This document shows, piece by piece, positions 24,701 through 34,640 of a DNA stretch of 64,000 nucleotides. The notes beneath the pieces are model-generated. The model was not told the DNA's origin, did no database searches, and saw nothing but the letters and a program-made list of their open reading frames with translations. The translations under genes and the position numbers were made by a program. The stretch's first letter is position 1; each line of letters opens with the position of its first letter. Source of the DNA: Mobula hypostoma (lineage: Eukaryota); the NCBI RefSeq assembly GCF_963921235.1, contig NC_086097.1, positions 87,546,001 through 87,610,000 of the forward strand, given 5' to 3'.

Positions 24701-25804
24701 CGGTGCACACAGATGCTAGAATACTGATGCTTCTGTGGGTTGGAAATCTGAGATCTGGAGTATGATGACATGGAAAATTATGAAAATTGGTATTTTAAAA
24801 ATTGAATGATTACTCAACCAGAAGCCCCCTTATCTTTGGAAATGTATTTCTGTACATTCAGTTACTTTGTTTAGCACCTTCTCTTTCTCCGCCCCCCCCC
24901 CCACCAACACAAACAAAAGAAAAAAACACTTTAGGATTGCCTTCACCAGATGGTATGATGCAGTGAAAGTGGCTTTTGAGATGGACAGTTAATGTTGGCC
25001 TCCTCTGTGATGTCCTGATACTATACAACGGATGAATGAATAAAGTTGAGGCCCTGAATTTTCCTTTACTCTCTTCTCAAACCACCAAGGTGCTATGGCA
25101 CAGTTTCACAATTGCTCCCAAGCTCGTGCTACTTTGCTGAAGTGATCATTATCTTGAGCCTCTTAATTCCAGCACATTTGGAGCTGCCTTCTGTTTCTGG
25201 TGTCTATGGACATGTGTTTCTGTCAGGGAATATTGGCTAGCTGTTTTTTTTTTTGCCTCCACCCCTGCTGCTGCTGCTGCTATTACTACTATTAATCTAT
25301 TGATACTACATAATTCCTTATGGTTACCTGAGCATTCATCCAAAAACACCTGGATGTTATCCCACTCTTCTGCTGGTCAAGACACTCACTGGCCTGCTTG
25401 ATTGATTGATTCAGAATCCTGCTACTTCTGGGAATGTAAATAATGTGGTTTTACAGCATGTATGTCTCTTATTTAAAATAACTCTGGTTACATGTTTCAA
25501 TCTGCTTTTTAGAGTATGCATGTGGGACATTTTAACCATAAATGTACAGGATGGAATGCTAGACCATTCAACAGCCCAGTCCCAGAAATGAAAGCATTGC
25601 CATTCTTTTAGAATGAGTCTCTGCACAAGTTTATGCATTGTCCACTACAATTGAGTTCTTGACTTGTTTGGTCCACAGAATCGCCTTTCTCCCTTTCTCT
25701 CCAAAGAACACAATACCTATATTGTTGTCAGATTTCTATTTTGAATTGCATTTTCATTCTGCCATGAGACAAACCAGAATGGCTAACGCAATAAATAACA
25801 CATT

Positions 25805-26160
25805 TATCATAGAAAATAGTCCCTTCAGTCCATCAGGTTTGCAACGACCATTAAACGCCCATTTATCTGAATCCTACACAAATCCCATTTCATTCTCCCT
25901 ACATTCTCATCAACTTCCCCAGATTCTGCCTCTCAACTATGCATTTTGGGTGAATATAGTGACCATTTGACTTGCTAACCCTTGCATCTTTGGAATGTGG
26001 TGGTGGGTGGGGGGGGGGGGTGTTGATTGTAGCACTGGAGGAAACCTACAGAGTTGCAGGGACAAAGCTACACTCTCCACACGGCACCAGAATTCTGGAT
26101 TCAACCTGGGTTGTTGCAATTATGAGGCAGCTAGTGTACTCTGCACCACTGTGCTGCCAT
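25805..26160 (-). mobile_element. V-SINE, decayed
   Basis: gcatctttggaatgtgg...gcactggaggaaacctaca...acactctccacac...ctgcaccactgtgctgcc. Confidence 0.55.
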
Positions 26161-26633
26161 CTATAACTGTTTAATAGACAAATGCGGTGCATTATCTACG
26201 TATGAAGGTTGGATAATGATCAATAACTGGGGGAGTATTATAATTTTTGTTCCTTATGCCATCTCGATGTTGCATGTGCTCTTCAGGGACGTGATGAAGA
26301 TTCAGTAGTCTATTGACATAACTGAGCATGCACAAAAGTTGTTCATTGAGAATGCTAGAGTGGGAACTGTTGTTATTAATACAACTACAGTGCATTCTGG
26401 TAAGGGGGAATATAGATGGAAATCCAGTTACTTTATTGAATATATACACACCCCCAGGAAGTGCTATTAGTTTCTTCTAGAAAATTACTAATATTATGGT
26501 AACTGAAACAGAAGGTCTCTTGATATGTGGGGGAGACTTGAATTTACAATTACAACCAAAGTTAGACTCTTCCAATAGGAAAAACTTATGAAACAAAGTC
26601 CTTACACAAGAAAGTTAACACTCTTTTTGAGGA

Positions 26634-26819
26634 CAACAGGAATTCTGCAGATGCTGGAAATTCAAGCAACATACATCAAAGTTGCTGGTGAACGCAGCAG
26701 GCCAAGCAGCATCTGTAGGAAGAGGTGCAACGAAGGGTCTCGGCCTGAAATGTCGACTGCACCTCTTCCTACAGATGCTGCTTGGCCTGCTGCGTTCACC
26801 AGCAACTTTGATGTGTGTT
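26634..26819. mobile_element. Penelope-like fold-back insertion (subfamily A), 186 bp, inside the L1 endonuclease
   Basis: Perfect 14-bp TSD actctttttgagga (26620-26633 and 26820-26833). About 60-bp near-perfect inverted arms flank a truncated hammerhead (acgaagggtctcggcctgaaatgtcgac). Confidence 0.92.
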
Positions 26820-27112
26820 ACTCTTTTTGAGGATGTTGGTCCAATTGATATATGGAGGGACCTTTTCCTCGACAGAAGGGATTACACTCATTATTCTGCC
26901 CCCCATTCCGTATATAGAAGAATAGACTATTTCATAACATTTGGAAAAGATAGAGACAAAATAATCACCTGTGGAATTAGGACAATAGATGTAAGTCACC
27001 TATATATTTATCTCAAACAACAGAAATTTTGCAGATGCTGGAAATTCAAGCAACACACATCAAAGTTGCTGGTGAACACAGCAGGCCAGGCAGCATCTGT
27101 AGGAAGAGGTGC

Positions 27113-27148
27113 AGTCGACATTTCAGGCCGAGACCCTTCGTCAGGACT
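27113..27148 (-). ncRNA. Minimal type I hammerhead ribozyme motif (helix III with a U-G wobble)
   Basis: Minus strand reads AGTC CTGACGA AGGGTCTCGGCCT GAAAT GTC GACT. Confidence 0.65.
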
Positions 27149-27883
27149 AACTGAAGGAAGAGTGAGTAAGGGATTTGAAAGTTGGAGGGGGAGGGGGAGA
27201 TCCAAAATGATAGGAGAAGACAGGAGGGGGAGGGATAGAGCCAAGAGCTGGACAGGTGATAGGCAAAAGGGGATACGAGAGGATCATGGGACAGGAGGTC
27301 TGGGAAGAAAGGCAAGGGGGGGGACCCAGAGGATGGGCAAGAGGTATATTCAGAGGAACAGGGGGAGAAAAAGGAGAGTGAGAGAAAGAATGTGTGCATA
27401 AAATAAATAACAGATGGGGTACGAGGGGGAGGTGGGGCCTTAGCGGAAGTTAGAGAAGTCGATGTTCACGGCCTCCTCTACTGTAAAGATGAAGCCACAC
27501 TCAGGTTGGAGTAACAACACCTTATATTCCGTCTGGGTAGCCTCCAACCTGATGGCATAAGCATCGACTTCTCTAACTTCCACTAAGGCCCCACCTCCCC
27601 CTCGTACCCCATCTGTTACTTATTTTTATGCACACATTCTTTCTCTCACTCTCCTTTTTCTCCCTCTGTCCCTCTGAATATACCTCTTGCCCATCCTCTG
27701 GGTCCCCCCCACCTCCTTGTCTTTCTTCCCGGACCTCCTGTCCCATGATCCTCTCGTATCCCCTTTTGCCTATCACCTGTCCAGCTCTTGGCTCTATCCC
27801 TCCCCCTCCTGTCTTCTCCTATCATTTTGGATCTCCCCCTCCCCCTCCAACTTTCAAATCTCTTACTCACTCTTCCTTCAGTT

Positions 27884-27919
27884 AGTCCTGACGAAGGGTC
27901 TCGGCCTGAAACGTCGACT
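27884..27919 (+). ncRNA. Minimal type I hammerhead ribozyme motif, intact core
   Basis: AGTC CTGACGA AGGGTCTCGGCCT GAAAC GTC|GACT: stem I AGUC/GACU, CUGANGA box, short stem II, GAAA box, loopless palindromic ACGU helix III and a GUC triplet (predicted cut after 27915). Confidence 0.8.
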
Positions 27920-29420
27920 GCACCTCTTCCTACAGATGCTGCCTGGCCTGCTGCGTTCACCAGCAACTTTGATGTGTGTTGCTATATATTTATCTGTTAA
28001 CTTTGACCTACAACCAAAGAATACTATGTGGAAACTAAATGTAAGTCTACTCAAGGATCCCTATTTTAAGGAACAGATTTAAAAAAAATTGGTCTTTACT
28101 TAGAATTCAGTGATAATGGAGAGATTTCACCTCCCATTCTATGGAATACTCTGAAGGCTATCTTAAGAGGGAAAATTATAGTGATATCTTCATATAAGAA
28201 AAAGTAAGGAATAAAACATTAGAGGAATTACAAAATAGGCTGAAGGAACAAGAAAAAAACACAAATTGAGTTTGGCACAGGATACACAAGAGGAAACTAA
28301 AAAAATTAGGAATGAAATTAATAGTTTGGCTACACAAGAAATTAGAAAAAAAATAATGTTTCGGAAACAGAGACACTATGAAAGTGGATCTAAATCTATG
28401 AAAATACTGGCGTGGAAACTGGGGAAAAAAGATAGCAGAAAATACAATTCATAGAATTAGGGATCGAAGAACGAAAGTGATTTTAAAAAAAAATAAATAA
28501 GCCATGTGAAATTCATGAAGCTTTTGAAATGTTTTGCAAAACTCTATATTCCAAAGTTCCAGGGGGAAACTTAACTCAAATTGACACCTTCCTGAATTCT
28601 TCGGAGTTACCCACTTTAAGCAAAAAACAAAATAGAAAGATGACTGCTGACGTAACTGAAGCTGAACTAAAAACTGCAATTAGTAGGCTTAAATTAAGCA
28701 AGTCACCAGGATCAGATGGATATATGGCAGAGTGATATAAAGAGTTTAGAAGTGAGTTAATCCCTGTTTTACTCCCCACACTGAACTGGGCTCTGAGAAA
28801 GGCGCAAATGCCACCTAGCTGGAAGGAGGCAATAATCTCAGCTATACCGAAAGAAGGCAAGGATAACATGGAATGTGAGTCATTTAGACCAATATCTGTT
28901 CTTAATGTGGATTATAGAATATTTACCTCCATCATGTCCAAACGATTAGAAGAGTTTCTACCCACACTGATACATTATGATCAGATAGGTTTCATACAAC
29001 AACGCCAAACACAAGACAGTATACAAAGGACACTTCACATTATGGATCATATATATATAAAAAAAATGAAATTGTAGCAATAATAATAAGCGTGGACGCT
29101 GAAAAGGCATGTGATTTGGTTAATTGGAATTTTCTTTATAGAGTTTTGCATAGATTTGGTCTACATGACACAATTATTAAAACTATACAGGCACTATATG
29201 ATAATCCTACTGCCAAGATTAAAATCAATAGATATTTATCTAATAGTTTTACCCGAGAAAGGGGCACGAGACAGGGTTGTGCATGGTCACCGCTACTCTC
29301 CGCATTATATCTGGAACCATTAGCTCAATACATCAGACAAAATGAAGATATCAGGGGAATTACTATTAAAGGGGGTGAGCATAAATTGGCCTGTTAAGCG
29401 GATGACATTTTGATCTATCT

Positions 29421-30056
29421 AGATTAGATTAGATTATGAGGACACGCAGTCCTCTTTTATTGTCATTTAGTAATGCATGCATTAAGAAATGATACAATAT
29501 TCCTCTGATGTGATATCACAGAAACACAGGACAGACCAAGACTGAAAAACTAACAAAAACCACATAATTATAACATATAGTTACAACAGTGCAACAATAC
29601 CATAACTTGATGAAGAACAGGCCATGGTACAGTAAAAAAGTTCAAAGTCTCTCGAAAGTCCCGCATCTCACGCAGACAGGAGAAGGAAGAAAACTCTCCC
29701 TGCCATGCCCGACCACAGTCCGACTCTGAGTCGTCCGAATACTTCGAGCTCTGATCAGCCCTCCGACACTGAGTACTGAGCACCATCTCTGCCGAACGCT
29801 TTGACCTCAGCCTCGGTAGCCAGCAGCAGGCAAAGCTGGGGATTTTGGGGCCTTCTCCCAGGAGATTCTCGATTGCACAGTAGCAGTGGCAGCGAACCGG
29901 GCATTTCAGAAATTTCTCCAGATGTTCCTCTGCTTCTCACGTCTGTCTCCATCAAATCAGAATTGTGCCCGGCTTCCTACTTACAAATTCAATATCATTT
30001 CACCGAAGAGGCTACGCGCGCTGCGTCGCGCTGCCATCTTCTCCTCCCGCCTTAAT
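29421..30056 (-). mobile_element. Non-coding LINE-dependent element with (AATCT)n tail, inserted just after the L1 RT YADD motif
   Basis: Removing it restores ADDILIYL|GQPTDCLPKLM. CpG-rich 5' end ggcgggaggagaagatggcagcgcgacgc. Paralogue at 41150-41816. Confidence 0.85.
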
Positions 30057-30665
30057 AGGGCAACCAACAGACTGTTTACCTAAATTGATGCAATCTTTTG
30101 AACAATGTGGCCAATTATCAGGGTACAAGATCAACATAGATAAAATCCAACTACTTTCATACAACTATAGCCCACCAAGAGAAATTGAAAGTAGATATCC
30201 TTGGGCATGGCAAACAGAGTCCATCAAATATTTGGGTATCATTATGCCCAAAGATTTGGCAAAATTATGAGAACGCAATTATCAATCTATATATAAAAAA
30301 TTAAGGAAGATATAACAAGGTGGGACCTAATTCCTTTTCTTGGTCTCAGTTCAAGGATTGAATCTATTAAAATGAATATACTGCCCAGACTACTATATCT
30401 CTTTCAGACCCTACCAATAGAGATTAACCAAAATCAATTCAATGAGTGGAACAAGATGCTATCAAGCTATATATGGCAAGGTAAAAGGCCTAGGGTTCGT
30501 CTCAAAACTTTGCAATTAGCCATGGAAAAGGGGGATGGGATCTGCCTTAGAGATTATTGTTTTGCAGCACAGTTGAGAACTGTGATATACTAGTGCAACC
30601 CATCATGTGACACTCAATGGAAAAACATTGAGGAGAGGATATTTTCCATCCCCATACAGGCAATT

Positions 30666-31676
30666 TTGGCTGATAACAACCTACAGCGTTACATAAATAA
30701 TATTGACAACCCATGGGTGAAATTGACTCTTAAAATATGGAAAACTATTATAAAAGAATATAAACTAGAGAGAGACATTGCAATTCTTAAATGGTGTGCA
30801 TATGACTCGGATTTTACGCCAAATAATCTGGATGCTAAATTTAAGGACTGGACAGCTAAAGGAATTACAGCTATTTGCAACATAATGAAAGAAGGAACAC
30901 TGTTCAGTTTTGAAATGCTCAGAGAGAAACACTTATTAGAAAAACAAGACTTTTACCGGTATTTACAGATGCGACAGTATGTTAATAGGACGGTTAAAAA
31001 TGTAGGCAAGGCAAGTACATATCTGATAGAGCTATTTAGAAAAGCATATAATTCAGACAATGGTAGTAAAATCATTTCAAGCATGTATAAGGGTTTGCCA
31101 AATCTTAAAACACATTCGACTTCATACATTAAAACAAAATGGGAGAAGGAAGGAGGGATAATAATATCTGAGGAAGAATGGACAATAATATGGAGGTATC
31201 AATGGAAGTGTACCAGTTCACAGAAATGGAGGGAGTTTGGATGGAAAAACTTGATAAGATATTTTATTGCACCCTCTCAGAAATCCCATTATGATAGTAA
31301 CCCCCCTGTTTGCTGGAGAAATTGTGGAAATCAAAATGCAAACCATGATCATATTTTCTCGGAATGCCCAGTTATCAAACACTGTTGGAGTGGGATACAT
31401 AATGCCCTACAAGACATCTTTAAATGTGAAATACCCTTAGAGAGTAAGACCATATATTTTGGGTATATACCTCAAGAATGGTTGAAAAGAGATAAATATT
31501 TAATGAATGTACTGATGGTGACCGGTAAAAAGACCCTGACCAGGAAATGGTTATCACAGGAGAGCCCAACTTTAAATGTATGGATGGAAATTACAATGGA
31601 CATTTACAAAATGGAGAAGATAACAGCATCTGTTAATCATAAGTTGGAACAATTTTATTCATATTGGAAAAAATAG
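30666..31676 (+). pseudogene. Open C-terminal segment (336 aa) of L1 ORF2 with the CCHC zinc knuckle
   Basis: Longest ORF in the window. It continues frameshifted RT fragments (28808, 29092, 30372), and its start codon is not a real initiator. Confidence 0.85.
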
Positions 31677-31862
31677 TTTAACTACATAACACCTCATAGG
31701 CCTGATTTTATTCTCACAAGTCAATGAATATGTTGTAAAAAAAAGATCACTCCCTACTCTGTACATAGTTTTCTTCTTTCGATTGTTCTTTCCTCTCTTC
31801 TATAAGTGTATACCTCAGACAAATATTATGTGGAGATTTGTGACAAATATGATTATAAGGGA

Positions 31863-31910
31863 TGTGTGTGTGTGTGTGTGTGTATGTATATATACACACA
31901 CACACACACA
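31863..31910. repeat. (TG)n-(TA)n-(CA)n self-complementary microsatellite in the L1 3'UTR
   Basis: Read directly from the sequence. Confidence 0.9.
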
Positions 31911-33149
31911 CTATCTGAAATACATCTTATGGAAATGTTTGTTTGATGAAATTCAATAAAAAATAAATTACAAAAAAATTACAAATATAGTGCAGATCAG
32001 CACAAAACCCTTAGGGAAGAGGGAAGTGAGCAGAAAACATGTTAGTATTAATTGGCTGAAAAAAATTAAACTTTCGAGCCAATCACAAGCATGGTTCAGT
32101 TCTGTAAGTTTTAGCTGGAAAGTGATTACCAACCATCTTCCCACAAGATAATATTCTGAGACATATATTGACAAATAGAATTCCTCCAACCAAGCTTGGG
32201 TTTGTTCTGAGATACAGATCTAATCAGAAACTTTTGATATGCGGTAGTTCATCACTCACATATGAGTAATCATTTTACAAGACCTACAGAAGACTGTCAG
32301 AAATGAATTGAAAGACAGTAATTTATTAATTCTGGAATGCTGTGCAGACCTTTTAGTTGAGTAGAACATTGCTGGAGTTTCATTTATAGGCAATGCAATG
32401 AAAAGTATTCAGAAACGTGTACGTGAATGCTTCATCCCTAGTGGATAAACTGCTAGCATCCACTGGGAGGAAGTAACTTTGTTGTTGCATTTAGGTTCAG
32501 CTCAATATTCTGGACTGAATTCAAATCAAGTTGAGGTTGTAGAGAAATTTCACTTGTCCACGGGGTGATCTATTTAACATAAATTTCTCATTTATCTAGC
32601 ATGTGGCCAGTAAAATCCACTGAGCTGAAAAATGCCCTTAATGTGTAATATTGCAAGTTCTCCCTGTTCCAGCATGCAGTGGGACTATGGCTGGTATTCT
32701 GCTTCACCATTTTCCTGCAGTAACCCCATATCCCTTGATTCTCTAGATTTCCTTGTTATTTTAAGAAAACATCTGTCTGCCTTTGTACTGAATTTACTCA
32801 ATGACAGCCTCTACAGACAGCTTTCATGAATAATTACGAAAGTTTGCAACTCAGAAAGAATTTCATTTTGTTCTAGTTCCGAACTGCCAAACCTTATTTT
32901 GAAATTGTCTTTGCCTTTAAGTATACACTTACAAGCTGCTTGAGAATTCATTGATAATACCTCTCTTTCTTTCTAAACTAGAGAATGTAGATCCTGACTG
33001 CTTAATCACTCCTAATCAAAATTGTCATCCCAAAATTTAATCTGGTGATCTTTCATTCTATTCTCTCTGTCGCCAGTATGTTCTTGGAGAAATCAACCAG
33101 ATCTGTGTATGATGTTTTACATATGATCTTTTCAAAGTCCTATATTCTC

Positions 33150-33440
33150 AAACTTCTACTGCTTTGTGGCTATACCCATTCATGGGGAAGGCTTCGGGAG
33201 TAAAGCCCGAAGGGAAAAATTCAGAGCTGGAGTCCCCTAGGTCAGTTCTACTTTGAGTTCAATATTGACTGGCAACTCCTATGATGCTACTGGTGCCAAA
33301 CTGTATCAGTCTCTGCTAATCCTTTGGTCTCATGAACTGCATGGAGAGGGGGAGCCTGCTACATGGGCAATGGTTTGCTCTCCATACTGTACCCGCCAGC
33401 CTATATAACTGGAGCAAAGCATCATGACTCTTGCATCCCA
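33150..33440 (+). mobile_element. RTE-5'UTR-like non-autonomous element, partial
   Basis: ctgctttgtggctatacccattcatggggaaggcttcgggagtaaagcccg...ctggtgccaaactgtatc aligns with 43930-44150 and with the reverse complement of 33990-34240. Confidence 0.6.
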
Positions 33441-33689
33441 AATCTTTTTGGAATTGAGGACAATTGACATTCTAATCTGGGCTCTATGCCTTCTGAGAGA
33501 GGTCAGGCTGTTGTGTCTTGCTTTTGCTCTATACCTTTCTCTTCCTGCTGCCTTTTTTCTTTTCTGCATCTCCTCTCCCTTCCCCATCTGCTGGCATCCC
33601 ACTTCACAACAGCTGTACCTTTGTACTTGTGCTGCTGACCATTGCCTGACTCAGCATCTCAGCGTTGGATTGGGGTTTGTTGGGCAGAG

Positions 33690-34640
33690 GAAATGAGATA
33701 AGTGTGGAAAAAGATTTGGCCTTCAGAGAGGGCACAGTATATGGGAGATGATGCTTGGTGATCCAAAGAGTGACCATGAATGTTAGAGAATTAATTATTC
33801 TTCAAACAGAAAAGGAGATTTGCCAGGATATCGTCTGGATTGGAGGACTTTAGTTATGGGGAGAGATTGGCTAGGTTGGTCTGAGGAGACCAGGTGACCT
33901 AATAGAGGTATAAAGAAGGTATAGTAGGCAGCCGTCGATCCCAGGGGATAATGGGTTTGTGCCTCTGGTGGACTGTGTCCTATGCAAGGCGCAAGCCTGG
34001 GCGGGAAGTTTTGAAGAATCAGCTGTTGTCCATGCAGTGAGCTTCCCCCTCTCCACGTCACTGATGTAGTCCAAGGGAACGGCAAGCGCCGATACAGCTT
34101 GGCACCAGTGTTATGGCAGAGGTTGCCAGAGTGAGGTTGTAAACAACATCAAACTGCCTTAGGGATCCCGGCTCCGGATTTCTTCCTCGGGGTTTACTCC
34201 TGGAGCCCATCTCATGGGTGGGTATGGCCGCAAGGCAGCGGAGATTTAAAATCAGAGTTTTCCTTCTCCTAGGCGGGCTGCTGTCCAAGGCTGACGAGTC
34301 CTACTTGCCTGAAAAAAGAAGTCAGATGGTCATTGTTCCATAGTAGGAGTATCAAAAATAACAATGTGCAGCTTTAAAGGGCGAGGAAGGAGATTTAAAA
34401 AGGATATGAGGGGTAAGTTTTTTTTTCATGCAGAAGAGTTGATATCTGGACCATAATGGCAGAGAATTTGGTGCAGTGACTACATTTGAGAGGCATTCAG
34501 ACAGGCTCTTAAATGGGCATGACATATAGAGAGATGTGGGCCTAATGTAGGCAAATTGGGTTGGTGTCATGGGCAAAAAAAGTTTCCATGGGCATGGTGG
34601 ACAGAAGATCCCATTTCTTTGCTGTACAGCTCTATGACTT
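33690..34640 (+). mobile_element. CR1-type LINE 3' fragment interrupted by 33905-34315
   Basis: ggattggaggactttagttatggggagagattgg...gacctaatagaggtataaa|...gaggggtaagttttttttcatgcagaag...gggcatggtggacagaag...gctgtacagctctatgact. Other CR1 pieces lie at about 19190-19390, 24020-24450, 32740-33150, 42890-43130 and 59300-59460. Confidence 0.6.
33905..34315 (-). mobile_element. RTE-5'UTR-like non-autonomous element
   Basis: The minus strand contains ctaggagaaggaaaactctga, also at 43897-43918, and the module ctggtgccaagctgtat...ggagagggggaagc shared with the SINE at 44435. Confidence 0.6.

Larger units (their letters stand above)
27014..27981. mobile_element. Penelope-like head-to-head inverted dimer, 968 bp, inside the L1 endonuclease
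   Basis: Perfect 14-bp TSD ctatatatttatct (27000-27013 and 27982-27995). Minus arm 27014-27468 has the tail; plus arm 27467-27981 lacks it. The plus arm encodes the GIY-YIG C-terminal remnant. Confidence 0.92.
26395..31979 (+). mobile_element. L1-clade LINE, 5'-truncated within the APE endonuclease, ORF2 pseudogenised, with three nested insertions
   Basis: LLNIYTPP and ICGGDLN (APE); [57 protein letters not shown]-terminal CWRNC..HIFSEC knuckle. AATAAA and A-rich tail at 31955-31979. TSD tacaactacagtgca (26380-26394) vs tacaaatatagtgca (31980-31994). Confidence 0.92.

Noticed and set aside
26682..27401. 239-aa ORF and similar ORFs (53216-53884, 5152-5622, 27646-27966) sharing MLVNAAGQAAS...
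   Set aside because: These are antisense or chimeric readings of the Penelope-like pLTR fused to L1 sequence. The recurrence reflects the repeat, not a gene family.
30666..31676. 336-aa ORF as a host gene
   Set aside because: It is the C-terminus of L1 ORF2, inside a TSD-bounded element with many upstream stops and frameshifts.
34288..34325. CTGACGA...GAAA resembling a hammerhead
   Set aside because: The intervening gtcctacttgcct forms no stem II, no helix III or stem I is apparent, and it lies antisense to the element.
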